From positions 9,672,001-9,736,000 of the forward strand of contig NC_083277.1 of NCBI RefSeq assembly GCF_963506605.1: a stretch of 64,000 bases of DNA, given 5' to 3'. Numbering within the stretch: the stretch's first letter is position 1; every line of letters begins with the position of its first letter. The DNA is from Zootoca vivipara (Eukaryota). Position numbers and translations under genes: made by a program. The notes beneath the pieces are model-generated. The model searched no databases. It was not told where the DNA came from and was given only the letters and a program-made list of their open reading frames with translations. Positions 10,884-21,722 of the stretch are shown piece after piece.

Positions 10884-13800
10884 CAATTAAACGGGGATCC
10901 TTCAAACCTTGCCCTGGTATGCCCGACAATTGCCTTATCAGCCCATGACCCCATATGCACAATCACCATAGATGGCCATGAGTATCAGTGTTTACTAGAT
11001 ACAGGGGCAACTTTCTCAACTTTAAACGACAGTCATCTGAGGTCCAGTCAGCAAAAACAACGTATAATGGGCATTGATGGGATCCCCAGGACATGCGCTC
11101 TTTCAGAGCCAGCGAAAGTAACGATAGGGCCCCTGACTGCTGAGCACTCATTTCTACTGACCCCGAGCCCTGTCAACCTACTAGGGCGAGACCTACTATG
11201 TAAATTACAGGCAACTATAACTTGCAGCACTGAGGGTATCTACCTCCACATGCCAGAAGAGGCGGCAGTCTCCTTTCAAGGCATTTTAAAGGAAGAAAAC
11301 CTGACTGATTTAGAAATACCAACCCCTCTGATTGACAAGGTACCAGTTCACCTATGGGGAAATACTAATACCTCTGTGGGACTCTTAAAATCGGCAGATC
11401 CCGTTGTTATTAAATACCGCACTGATGTCCCATACCCCTCCATCAAACAGTACCCCTTGCCGCAGGAGGCAATAGAAGGATTGAGGCCAATGATACAGGA
11501 TTTTATGGATCAAGGCATCCTTGTTCCCTGCGTCAGCCCATGCAATAGTCCACTCCTGCCGGTACGCAAGCCATCACCCCCGGGTGCCCCAGTTAAATAC
11601 AGGCTTGTCCAAGACCTCAGAATTATCAACAACTTTGTGATACCCCGCCACGCCATCACCGCCAACCCTAATACAATTTTGACCGGAATCCCACCAGATA
11701 GTACATATTTCAGTGTCATTGATTTATGCTCCGCCTTCTTTTCCATAAGAGTGCATGAGAAAAGCCAATTTCTGTTCGCCTTTACGTGGGAAAAAGGACA
11801 GCTGACTTGGACTAGACTCCCACAGGGATATGTAGAGAGCCCAACAATTTTTGCTTGTGCATTGCATAGGGACCTACAAGACCTCTCCTTTCCTGCTGGC
11901 TCCTCCCTTTTAATATATGTAGATGACTTGATAATTTGCTCCACCTCCGCAACTAATTGCCACATGGACACCGTCCATCTACTAACCGCCCTTGCCGACA
12001 AGGGCCACAAGGTCTCACCAAAAAAACTACAATATTGCCAAACTGAAGTAAAATACTTGGGCCACATAATTGGCCACGGAACAAGAGCTTTGACAACTGA
12101 AAGAGTAGATGCTATAGCTAAGGTTCCCCTGCCAAAGACCAAGAAACAGCTCCGCGGGTTTCTAGGAATGAGCGGATTTTGCAGGTCATGGATCCCAGGG
12201 TATGGAGAATTAACCAAACCCCTTGTAAAGATGACTAATAAGGACGAACCAGAACCCCTTGAATGGTCCAAAGAAAGCCTACAAAATTTTGAAACTATCA
12301 AAAGGGAACTGAGGTCCGCTCCAGCCTTAGGATTGCCAGACTACCGTCTCCCCTTTTCGCTGTTCGTGCATGAACAGAAAGGGGTAGCCTCCGGAGTTCT
12401 GACACAAACCTTCAGAGGCCAGGAACGTCCTGTCGCCTACTACAGTATTCAATTAGACCCGGTAGCTAAGGGGACTGTAGGTTGCCTCAGGGCAATTGCT
12501 GCCGCTGCGGAATTAGTGGACAGAGCCCTAGAAATCGTTCAAAATCAAGAACTAATCCTAAATGTACCACATGCTGTAGCCACCTTGTTAAACTTACGAA
12601 ACTGTCAACATTTTAGTAACGAACGACTAAATCAGTACGAAGCTGCCCTGCTCACACCATCCAACGTGCGCATTAAAAGAGTCAATACCCTAAATCCAGC
12701 CACCCTACTGCCTCTGCCCGACGACGGGACCCCCCATCACGATTGCACCTTAGCAGTCCGCTTGGCCGAAAGGCCACGGGAAGATTTAGACCACCTTCCC
12801 TTGGAAAACCCAGATATCTCAATCTTTACAGATGGAAGTTCCAAGGTCGTGGCTGGAACAAGACAAACTGGGTACGCTGTGGTAACACACGACACCATCC
12901 TAGAAGCTGCACCTATAAACCCGCGCTACAGTGCGCAGGCAGCTGAGCTTATTGCCCTTATCAGAGCTTGCGAATTGAGTGAAGGCAAGCGCGTAAATAT
13001 CTATACTGATTCCAAATATTGTTTCGGACTGGTACACGCTACGGGTACCCTCTGGAAACAGAGGGGATTCCTAACAGCTGCAGGAACACAAATCTCTCAC
13101 GCACCGCTAGTGAAAAGACTAATGGACTCCATACATTTCCCGAAGGCCATCTCAGTAATACACTGCAAAGTACACACAAATGGCACGGACTTTGTCTCCT
13201 TAGGGAATAGTATTGCGGACGCCGCTGCCCAGAAGGCAGCGGCCATGAGAGGGGAAATGTATGAAAATGAATTTCAAGCCATCTTAGTTCCAGCCGATGT
13301 AGACTTCAATCGAATGTATCGCACCGCTAGTGTAGAAGAAATAAGCTCATGGCAACAACTGGGGGCACACCAAAGGGACAATGCGTGGGTTTTGCCGGAC
13401 GGACGTCTAGCAATGCCTAAAGCCTGGGTACCCCGCCACCTCCGGGTTTTACACAATTTCACACACTGGGGAGCAAACCGCCTAGCAGACAGCATCCTTA
13501 GGCATTGGTATGCCCCAGGTGCACACCAATTTGCGAAGGCAGTATCCAAAAATTGCACCATCTGCGCCGGATTCAACCCAAAACAAGAACCACGCAAACC
13601 ACCAGGGTCTAGACCTTGGGCATATATACCCTTTGAAAGCCTACAACTAGATTTTGCAGAACTCCCGAACTGTATGGGGTTTAAACAATTACTTGTCATA
13701 ACAGACCGACTTTCAGGTTGGCCAGAAGCTTTTCCATGCAAACGAGCAAATGCTCAAACCGTTGCCAAAATCCTCATGCAGGAAATAATTCCCAGATACG

Positions 13801-14690
13801 GAGTTCCACGTCGATTAGACTCTGACCGTGGGACACATTTCGCTGCAGAGGTAGTTCAGTCTGTCACCAAGGCATTTGGAATTAAATGGGAACTCCACAC
13901 CCCGTACCATCCGGCCTCTTCAGGTCAGACGGAGCGGATGAATGGACTTATAAAAACCCAATTGGGAAAAATCTGTAAGGCTACCGGGCTAAAATGGATA
14001 AATGCTCTTCCGTTAGTCCTACATAATATTCGTAGCCAGCCGAGAGGACTCTTGAAACTATCTCCCTATGAACTCCTGTTCACCAGACCCTCCCCGACTC
14101 ATACCACCCAACTCCCCGTCTCTGAGCTAGAGACTGGGGAAAACGAACTGACTGTATATGTTACACAATTACAACGACAACTAAAGAAACTACACCATTA
14201 TGCAGCAACCTGTCAGAATGTTCCCCTTGATGTCGATGCTCACTCCTTCACGCCTGGACAGTGGATTTGGGTTAAAACTTACAGGCGAGCCACCTTACAA
14301 CCCCAGTGGGAAGGACCCTACCAGATTCTCCTGACGACCCCAACTGCAATCAAGGTCTCTGAACGTTCTGCCTGGATTCATCACACCTTCTGTAAGTCCG
14401 CACCAAACCCCAACGACCTGGGTGACGTTGCAAGGACCTCCCCATCTTCCATCAACTCCACCGAAGACACCGTCCCACTCGACAATCCCGCGCCAGCCAT
14501 CGAATCCCCCCAAGACCCTCCCGAGGAACCCACCTCGATCCCAATAACAGCCAAGGAAGGTGACCAAGGAGACCTGGAGAAGTGGATGTCAAAGATCCTT
14601 GTAGTACCTGAACCAGACGACCCAGATCATCCACCCATACGAATGCAGTTCCGGAAACAGAAATGCCACGACACCGGGAGCGGGACCTGA
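10884..14690 (+). CDS. pol: Pro-Pol (protease, RT, RNase H, integrase), intact and in frame with gag
   Basis: Frame is open from 10884: LLDTGA protease, LPQGY/YVDD RT, FTDGSS RNase H, HHCC plus D-D-E integrase (LQLDF, LDSDRG, QTERMN) and a GPY/F module (WEGPY). Confidence 0.97.
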   Translation, partial: QLNGDPSNLALVCPTIALSAHDPICTITIDGHEYQCLLDTGATFSTLNDSHLRSSQQKQRIMGIDGIPRTCALSEPAKVTIGPLTAEHSFLLTPSPVNLLGRDLLCKLQATITCSTEGIYLHMPEEAAVSFQGILKEENLTDLEIPTPLIDKVPVHLWGNTNTSVGLLKSADPVVIKYRTDVPYPSIKQYPLPQEAIEGLRPMIQDFMDQGILVPCVSPCNSPLLPVRKPSPPGAPVKYRLVQDLRIINNFVIPRHAITANPNTILTGIPPDSTYFSVIDLCSAFFSIRVHEKSQFLFAFTWEKGQLTWTRLPQGYVESPTIFACALHRDLQDLSFPAGSSLLIYVDDLIICSTSATNCHMDTVHLLTALADKGHKVSPKKLQYCQTEVKYLGHIIGHGTRALTTERVDAIAKVPLPKTKKQLRGFLGMSGFCRSWIPGYGELTKPLVKMTNKDEPEPLEWSKESLQNFETIKRELRSAPALGLPDYRLPFSLFVHEQKGVASGVLTQTFRGQERPVAYYSIQLDPVAKGTVGCLRAIAAAAELVDRALEIVQNQELILNVPHAVATLLNLRNCQHFSNERLNQYEAALLTPSNVRIKRVNTLNPATLLPLPDDGTPHHDCTLAVRLAERPREDLDHLPLENPDISIFTDGSSKVVAGTRQTGYAVVTHDTILEAAPINPRYSAQAAELIALIRACELSEGKRVNIYTDSKYCFGLVHATGTLWKQRGFLTAAGTQISHAPLVKRLMDSIHFPKAISVIHCKVHTNGTDFVSLGNSIADAAAQKAAAMRGEMYENEFQAILVPADVDFNRMYRTASVEEISSWQQLGAHQRDNAWVLPDGRLAMPKAWVPRHLRVLHNFTHWGANRLADSILRHWYAPGAHQFAKAVSKNCTICAGFNPKQEPRKPPGSRPWAYIPFESLQLDFAELPNCMGFKQLLVITDRLSGWPEAFPCKRANAQTVAKILMQEIIPRYGVPRRLDSDRGTHFAAEVVQSVTKAFGIKWELHTPYHPASSGQTERMNGLIKTQLGKICKATGLKWINALPLVLHNIRSQPRGLLKLSPYELLFTRPSPTHTTQLPVSELETGENELTVYVTQLQRQLKKLHHYAATCQNVPLDVDAHSFTPGQWIWVKTYRRATLQPQWEGPYQILLTTPTAIKVSERSAWIHHTFCKSAPNPNDLGDVARTSPSSINSTEDTVPLDNPAPAIESPQDPPEEPTSIPITAKEGDQGDLEKWMSKILVVPEPDDPDHPPIRMQFRKQKCHDTGSGT

Positions 14691-14831
14691 AACCCCAGTT
14701 TTTGTTTTACCTTCCCTTTCTCATACCACCTTCCCAAAACCCAACCCAGTTTTCCCACCCTCCTCCCTTATCTTTCTCAAACCCAAAAACCACCACCCCC
14801 TCCCTTCCCTAACTGTATCGTGTCTGTCGAG

Positions 14832-14853
14832 TTCTTTCTTTATTTTTATACAG
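14832..14853 (+). promoter_or_regulatory. env splice acceptor
   Basis: ttctttctttatttttatacag| lies 25 nt before the env ATG; candidate donors GTGAGT at 8302 and 8883. Confidence 0.7.
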
Positions 14854-14878
14854 ATTTTCGCCTCTGCCAACCCGTGAG

Positions 14879-16448
14879 ATGGACCGGACCCTGCTCCTGG
14901 GATACTGTCTCGCCTTCATCACCTACGTCGCAGCCCAGCAGCTCAATTGTGGAGAAAATCCTTCTGAGTTCTTCTTCCTGGATCATCGGACCGTCGACTC
15001 CTCTGACCCTACTTCCTTGAACAACCTTGGAGACTTCAAATTCTGCCTTCCCGGAACTAAGAGGTGGCTACCACATGCCTTTCGACCCCAACTGCGAGGC
15101 ACCCAAACCTGGGAATTACTTATAAGGTCTGCCTCCTTCTCTATATTGGGACGTGCTTTCTTTACCCTTGACCATTCCTGGAACCGGTTAACTTGCCACA
15201 ATGGAACTTCTCATCAGACCCAATGGGGCACCACTATTAAGACTTTTGACCCCGCAGAACAAGGACAAGGACTTTGGGGGGAATACACGGACTCTATGCA
15301 TTATGACTTTTGGACTTATGGATTCATGTGTACCAATCCATCCACTGCTACGACCATTCAAGGTATCTGCGTTCGAAAATTTTGTTGTATATGGGACATA
15401 GGGACGGCATCAACCTGGGAAGGAAATAGGTATGTCGAGGGATGGTTACACTCAGTTGGAGGTGGGGCTAGTACGGAATGGGACCATGTAGGACCCCAGA
15501 GATGCGGGGGAGTCTCAACTGACCTACACTTACTCCACCGACAGGACCCTTTACAGCCCCTCGGCACTGCCCCTAGAAACGTCAACCTTACAGGACTTCC
15601 CTTGCCCCCGCGCATTTCCGATATCTCTGCATGGCAAAGTAATACGTACGTCCAGCTCCTTCAGCGGGCTATTCTGGCTCTGTTCCTCCCGAGGTTATAC
15701 GTGGGTCAGTATTCACATGAGAGGATCCTGCTTCCTCGGCCACATACACCCAGGGTTCCGGGTAACCCAGGACTTACCTACCGGCCGCTTGAGAAACAGG
15801 AGGTCCCCGACTACCCCGTTAAAACCTAAGGCAAAGGCAGAGACCTGGCTCCGCGCAGTGTTCCCAGCCTATGGGGCTTTCTCGAACCATATGGACATCT
15901 TAAAACTAACGGATATTTTGTTGCGGTTCATCAATGAATCTGAGGCCGCCACGCTAGCAGTGTTAACAGAACTCACTCAGGTCCGATCCCTCTCTATTCA
16001 GAACCGCTTGGCTCTTGATCTCCTCCTGTCAGCGCAGGGCGGGACCTGCAAGCTCATCGGGGCGGAGTGCTGTATGTATGTATCCGATCAGACCCTGAAT
16101 ATAACAGCACACCTCCGAGCCATCGATTCCCTAACAAAAGATCTCCACGAGGTGCAGAATGAAGGGGTCTCAGACTGGGATATCTGGTCGTGGCTTCCCA
16201 ATGCCTCCTGGCTCAGGGAAATCGTGAAAGGCACCCTTTTTCTAGCTCTATCTTTGATCCTCCTCCTTACCTCCCTTTGCTGTTGCCTCCAATGTTTCCC
16301 GGCTATGTTAACTCCCCGCAGACAAAAGCCCTCCCCAACCTCCTTTCAAGCTCCGTTATGTCCTTCCCCTGAGTTCCCCGAGATAGTACCGATGTTCCAC
16401 CTTGGGAGTGGGGAGTACATTACCCCGGTGTGCGGAAATAATTTTTAA
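14879..16448 (+). pseudogene. env: env, frameshifted and apparently internally deleted near 15665
   Basis: Signal peptide MDRTLLLGYCLAFITYVAA. The second frame has GLFWLCSSRGYTW...GSCFLG, furin site RNRR, immunosuppressive domain QNRLALDLLLSAQGG, CX6CC (CKLIGAECC) and a TM anchor. No CXXC in either frame. Confidence 0.88.
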
Positions 16449-16468
16449 TTACTTAAAAATTAATCCGC

Positions 16469-16480
16469 AGAGAGGGGAAA
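16469..16480 (+). promoter_or_regulatory. Polypurine tract (PPT)
   Basis: AGAGAGGGGAAA directly before the 3' LTR. Confidence 0.9.
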
Positions 16481-17931
16481 TGTTATAAGGGGCAGGGTAA
16501 GAGGAATTTGCCCCCATGCATTACGAGACTACCAATGTACAGAGAGGGGACAGTTTAGCCAGAGAGAAGCCATTTTCTTGACTTCATGGTTCAAAAGTCA
16601 AGAGAAGCCTATTCTGCCGTATCAAGGTAAATTAATCCCCTGCTGACCCAGACAGTTCCTCCAGACCTCTTGGAAAACACACGCACCCTTTTACATAACC
16701 CATTGCTAAATCCTGTCTCACACCCACATGGAAACTTGCATAATCGCACCTCCAGCCAGATAACCAAAAACGATAACGATCACCCATTCTCGGAACTTCC
16801 ACCCTCCCAAATCCCCGCCTGAGGTGCCCTCCCTTGTACTTTTCATGACCCAGATTCAGCTGAACCATGGACCTTTTTAAGATATATATATTTATCCCTA
16901 ATAAACTATTCCGTTGTTCCTTTAGTAATGTTATGGTGTCCTCTATCATGTTACCCGATGCATCTCCCTATTCTCTACTCTGTATGAAACTGTATCTATT
17001 TACGAAACCGCAATAATATAACCTTGCACTGATACCTTGAACCTTTCTATCAAATTGTACCTGTTTAAAAAATCCTGCCATCCTGAAGAATTAATTGTTT
17101 GACTCTACTATTTGCAAAGGTTTCCACTTATGCACCCTTCTAAGCTTTTAGTTCGTTGTCCTTGATAAAATGTTATAAGCTGTCAAACATCGCTCTGAAC
17201 TGTGAACGTTTTACCGCTGTTAGAATTGTATCCTCTCTGTGTATTATTAGTTACTGTATAATATCTTCTTCTTCTTTAACTTTAAGTGTAGTCTTTTCTC
17301 TCTATTGCAAACGTTGAATATTTGTATAAACTTTGTTGCAAGTTAATAGGCACCTCTGTGGCACAACATATTTTACGGACTGTTTCCACTTCTTCTTGAT
17401 ACCACACTGCCACCTAGCCAGTCTAAAAGAGCACGACTCAAATACACACTTTCAGTGAGAACAACAATTTTATTTGATAAACAGGTGTTATCAACAATCT
17501 TCCCACATCCGCAGAGTCTTCCTGTCAAACAATAAGGAGACATGCATAATCATTACCTGGACTATCACCATGATATCTTACATCAAGAATTCCATCAACC
17601 CCTTTGTCCTCTCGCGATTACCCCCTCCCAGAACCCATTTCCCCACCTTTTATGCAATTCTGTACTATTGGAAATGAAACCTATAAATTTGTGAAGCTTC
17701 CTTTGTTCGGGGTCCCTTCACTTCAACTTGCTTGTGTGGACGGATCGCTATTGCAATAGCTTTATTATTTAATTAATAAAGTACCTTGCTTCGTACGTCC
17801 TGGTTTGGCCTCTGTTATTTGGTAGGCAGGAGACGCTCAAACTTCGTCTGCCTGCCAGGATACCTGGACTCTTCCTGGGTCAAGGATCCACTTAATTCTA
17901 GGACCGTGTAGCTCTGCAAATTTTTACAACA
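16481..17931 (+). repeat. 3' LTR (1451 bp)
   Basis: Same length as the 5' LTR; the ORF track gives identical translations in both copies; no difference found in spot checks. Confidence 0.97.
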
Positions 17932-18045
17932 GGGCCAATACTGAAAAGGCCCTGGCCCTAGTAGAGCCGCCTCTATCCTTAGAATCTATTAATAATTTTT
18001 GTTTTATGCTTGGCTTCTTCTCCTGCCAGATAAATTTTGAAATAT

Positions 18046-18902
18046 CTACTGTGCTGTGTGGATTTTCTCATGTGCACAAAGGTCTGACTTCCGAACGAAT
18101 GTTTTCCCACAAAGGGCGCACTTGTATGGCATCTCCCTCATGTGTATTATCTCGTGTTTTACAAGTTTGGACTTTATAGGGAAGCTTTTCCCACATTGCA
18201 GGCACTCATACGGCTTCTCCCCTCTGTGCTTCCTCACGTGGTTGTTCAGGTAACGCTTTTTGTCAAAGCTCTTCCCGCAGTCTGAGCACTTGTACGGTGT
18301 CTCCAGTGTGTGCAGCCTGACGTGTTCCTGTAAGACTGAACAATCAACAAAGTTTTTGCCGCAGTGAGAGCACGTGTACAGAGACTCTCCTGTGTGGATT
18401 CTCATGTGCTGCATAGAGCCTGAACTGCAACTGAAGTTTTTCCCACTGTTAGAGTAATTATACGTGTTCCACAATCCTGTGTGGGTTCTCTCATGTGCAA
18501 GAAGGCCCTGCGTCTGAATGACACTGTTTCCACAATAGAATGACAGGTATGGCTTCTCTCTGATGTGAATGCTCTGCTGTACCATAAGGTCTGAACTACG
18601 TTCAAAGTTTCTTCGACAGTCAGACGATGCTTTTTGTACCTCACTACACTCTATTCTTTGTGATTCAGCGGATTCTCTCTCCTCTCTGCTAACTTCTGCA
18701 TTGAAAGTGGATTTTTCCACCAGACTACTCTCATAGCTTCTCTCTTGATCATTCAACAGCCCTGGCTGATTCTCAAACATCATTCGCTTTTGATGGTCAT
18801 GGAAATCCTCATCTCTTCCCAAGCAGGTATTGCTTGCTTCTCCTTGCACAGAATCTTCCTGGTGGAGGGTATTTGTCTCATTCTCCAATACCCGCTCATT
18901 AC
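18046..18902 (-). CDS. Gene 2 last exon: spacer, 3 degenerate and 4 intact C2H2 fingers
   Basis: Acceptor attcccacag| before 18902, phase 1 and in frame with ORF 18046-18888; CxxC...HxxxH repeats with TGE/GEKP linkers. Confidence 0.9.
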
Positions 18903-19135
18903 CTGTGGGAATAAAAAAATCCCAGAGAATCTTATCTGTTCTGGAGTGATTGTTCCAAACAGAAAATCAACAGAGTTTAGTATCAGAGCTGTTGCAGGCA
19001 GAATATCTGAGAATATTCTCTTTCCCCCCTCATAATATGAGAATTAAAGTATTCCACTGAAATTGTGTAGTCGTAGCTTCAGCGCAGACAATAAAAAGCA
19101 CTTCTAATTAAAATTTAAAACTTAAGGCAAGGCAA

Positions 19136-19541
19136 GCTGGACCATAAAGAAGGCTGATCGCCGAAGAATTGATGCTTTTGAATTATGGTGCTGGAGGAGA
19201 CTCTTGAGAGTCCCATGGACTCCAAGAAGATCAAACCTATCCATTCTGAAGGAAATCAGCCCTGAGTGCTCACTGGAAGGACAGATCCTGAAGCTGAGGC
19301 TCCAATACTTTGGCCACCTCATGAGAAGACTCCCTGGAAAAGACCCTGATGTTGGGAAAGATGGAGGGCACAAGGAGAAGGGGACAACAGGGGACGAGAT
19401 GGTTGGACAGTGTTCTCGAAGCTATGAACATGAGTTTGACCAAACTGCGGGAGGCAGTGGAAGACAGGAGTGCCTGGCGTGCTATGGTCCATGGGGTCAC
19501 AAAGAGTTGGACACTACTAAACGACTAAACAACAACAACAA
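19136..19541 (+). mobile_element. BovB (RTE clade) LINE 3' fragment in a gene 2 intron
   Basis: RVPWTPRRSNLSILKEISPECSLEGQILKLRLQYFGHLMRR, (CAA)n tail, near-TSD aaggcaaggcaa/aagacaaggcaa. Confidence 0.85.
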
Positions 19542-20502
19542 CAAGACAAGGCAATGGCTGCTGGCTTAGTTTATGAGAGTCTTTTTTTATTTTAAAGGAT
19601 TAGAGAAATTCATGGAAAACAGGTTGGTCATGTTGTACTGGATCTCTCTAGGCAAATATTGTCCAGCTCTGAATATCAGATGCTAGAGTAAAAAAATAAA
19701 TACATGAACCCCCAGAAAATAGAGGGCTGAGGCCTATAAGCCCAGTTTAAGGAAAGGTTACAGCTTTTAGGACTTTTAGTTTACAAGAAAGAGTAGTAAG
19801 GGAAGGAATGTGACTGTGATATGGAGAAAGTGAAGAGAGACATTTTCCACCTTATCTCATAATACTAGAACCTGGAGAAATCCAATGAAATTGAACAAGG
19901 GCTTGTGGCTATGAGGGGGTTGAGTGACAGGGGAAGTGCCGTGGTGAGGGAGAACTGTGGACAGGGGTGCCAACTTTAATAAAATATTGGGGGTTCAGGT
20001 AAGCCCCACATAATACACATAATAGATCACATGATGCAGTGCACTACTCCATTTGAATGGCAACGCCCATCAACTTGGGGGGACACACCCCTAAAATATT
20101 TTATTGGGGGACCAGAGGGAGCTCATCCCCTAGGAGTTGGCTCCTATGTGGAGGTTTGGTGAGGAGGAGCTTAGGGGTGGGAGACTTTGGCATGGAATGA
20201 GCTAAAGTGGAGGGTAGGGGGGTGAGCAGAGCTTAGCATGAGTGTCACCCCCTAGAAGTAGCAGCAGCAACAATGATGGGATTGTTGGCACCCGTCTGTC
20301 TTGGGAGGCAATGGAGGAGTCCGCCTTGAGGGGTGAAGTCAACTTGTCGGAAGTTGCAGCGCCTGATGTGGCTGTAGAGACCGATGTGGGATAATGATAA
20401 TAATAATAATGATGACAGACAAGTGCATATTTGCCAGAGAGGTGAAAAGAGGAGTGAGAGGAGAAACAGCCTCATGAAAATCTGAGCATGGTGAATCCTT
20501 AC

Positions 20503-20632
20503 TCGGCAATCTCGTCGCATCACTCTGCTCGTCCGCAGCTTCTCTGAAGACCTGCCCAGCCCAGGTGTCCTGTGGCAGAAGCTGGCCTGCCTCAGAAGGA
20601 CCGGCAGACATCACCGCAAAAGGCACAGGTAC
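20503..20632 (-). CDS. Gene 2 middle exon (130 nt), degenerate KRAB-A-like
   Basis: gtttcag| acceptor, |GTAAGG donor, phase 0 to 1, open frame VPVPFAVMSAGPSEAGQLLPQDTWAGQVFREAADEQSDATRLP joining the SCAN and finger exons. Confidence 0.75.
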
Positions 20633-20834
20633 CTGAAACAGCAGTGAGGAAGATCATGAACGGAAGAGGCCATATGGCTTCCGCCAGCGTGAAGTTGGAT
20701 AACAAGTAATGGTCCGAAGGAACCCGACATGACATACACTTTCTGGCCACCAGGATCTGGGCTAGAGCCAATCCCTCCAAATACATTGATTTCTATGGGT
20801 TACTTAACACCCAGACACTTGAAATAGCAAATTA

Positions 20835-21160
20835 CCGTATTGTTGTGAATATAAGCCGCACCTGCAAATAAGCCACACCTTTAAAATTCAGTGGCTTGGA
20901 GGAGGCTTGGGAGCTGCAGACGGGATGTGCCCAGGCTGCTCTTTGGGGAGGGGGGGGGCACGTCTCTTCCCTCCATTCCGACGGCTCGGGGGGGAGACGC
21001 TTGGGAGTGGCGGGCTAGCTGGGCGCCGTTGTCCTGCACTCCTGGGCTGCTTCCTGGAGGGCGGGGGGACTGCGGTGTAAAGTTGTGAATATAAGCCACA
21101 CTTGACTTTTCACCATTGGAATTTGGGGGGAAAGTGCGGCTTATTTTCGGGTCAATACAG
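20835..21160. mobile_element. Tc1/mariner-pogo-type MITE
   Basis: TA-flanked, imperfect TIRs CCGTATTG/CAATACAG; similar element at 60073-60225. Confidence 0.65.
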
Positions 21161-21586
21161 TAACTGATAGAAATCCATTTCGGCACTATATCACAGACCA
21201 GGCTTCCTCAACCTCGGCCCTCCAGATGTTTTGAGACTACAATTCCCACCACCCCTGGTCCTGCTAGGTAGGGATCATGGGAGTTGTAGGCCAAAAACAT
21301 CTGGAGGGCCGAGGTTGAGGCAGCCTGTCATAGACACCATATGCCAGCAGGTGAAGAACTGGATGTGTCCAGCAGTCTGGATACTTATCTCCCCCTCCCA
21401 CCCTGCAGGCCAAATCTGACAGGTAGGCGGGGCTGCCCACCTGTCAATCCCTCAACATCACAGTGACATGATGAGGTGCACACACATGCAGCCGTGTGCA
21501 AGCTCTAACAACCAGGTGATCGTCATTTGCAAACGCTCACCATTAGCTGACCACAAGCCCAATGGAGAGTCCTGGAAGGTCTAAAT

Positions 21587-21722
21587 CAGTCATCCCCAAA
21601 CTCAGCCCTCCAGATGTTTTGGGACTACAATTCCCATCATCCCTGACCACTGGTCCTGTTAGCTAGAGATGATGGGAGTTGTAGTCCCAAAACATCTGGA
21701 GGGCTGAGTTTGGGGGTGCCTG
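21587..21722. mobile_element. hAT MITE
   Basis: TSD GTCTAAAT on both sides. Confidence 0.85.

Larger units (their letters stand above)
6604..17931 (+). mobile_element. Full-length class I (gamma-like) endogenous retrovirus, 11328 bp
   Basis: TG...CA LTRs at both ends, 4-bp TSD GGGC (6600-6603 and 17932-17935), PBS, gag-pro-pol-env and polypurine tract. Confidence 0.98.

Noticed and set aside
11510-12301. 263-aa antisense ORF over RT
   Set aside because: Lies wholly opposite conserved RT codons, with no recognisable domain or promoter. Would need conservation or expression data to reconsider.
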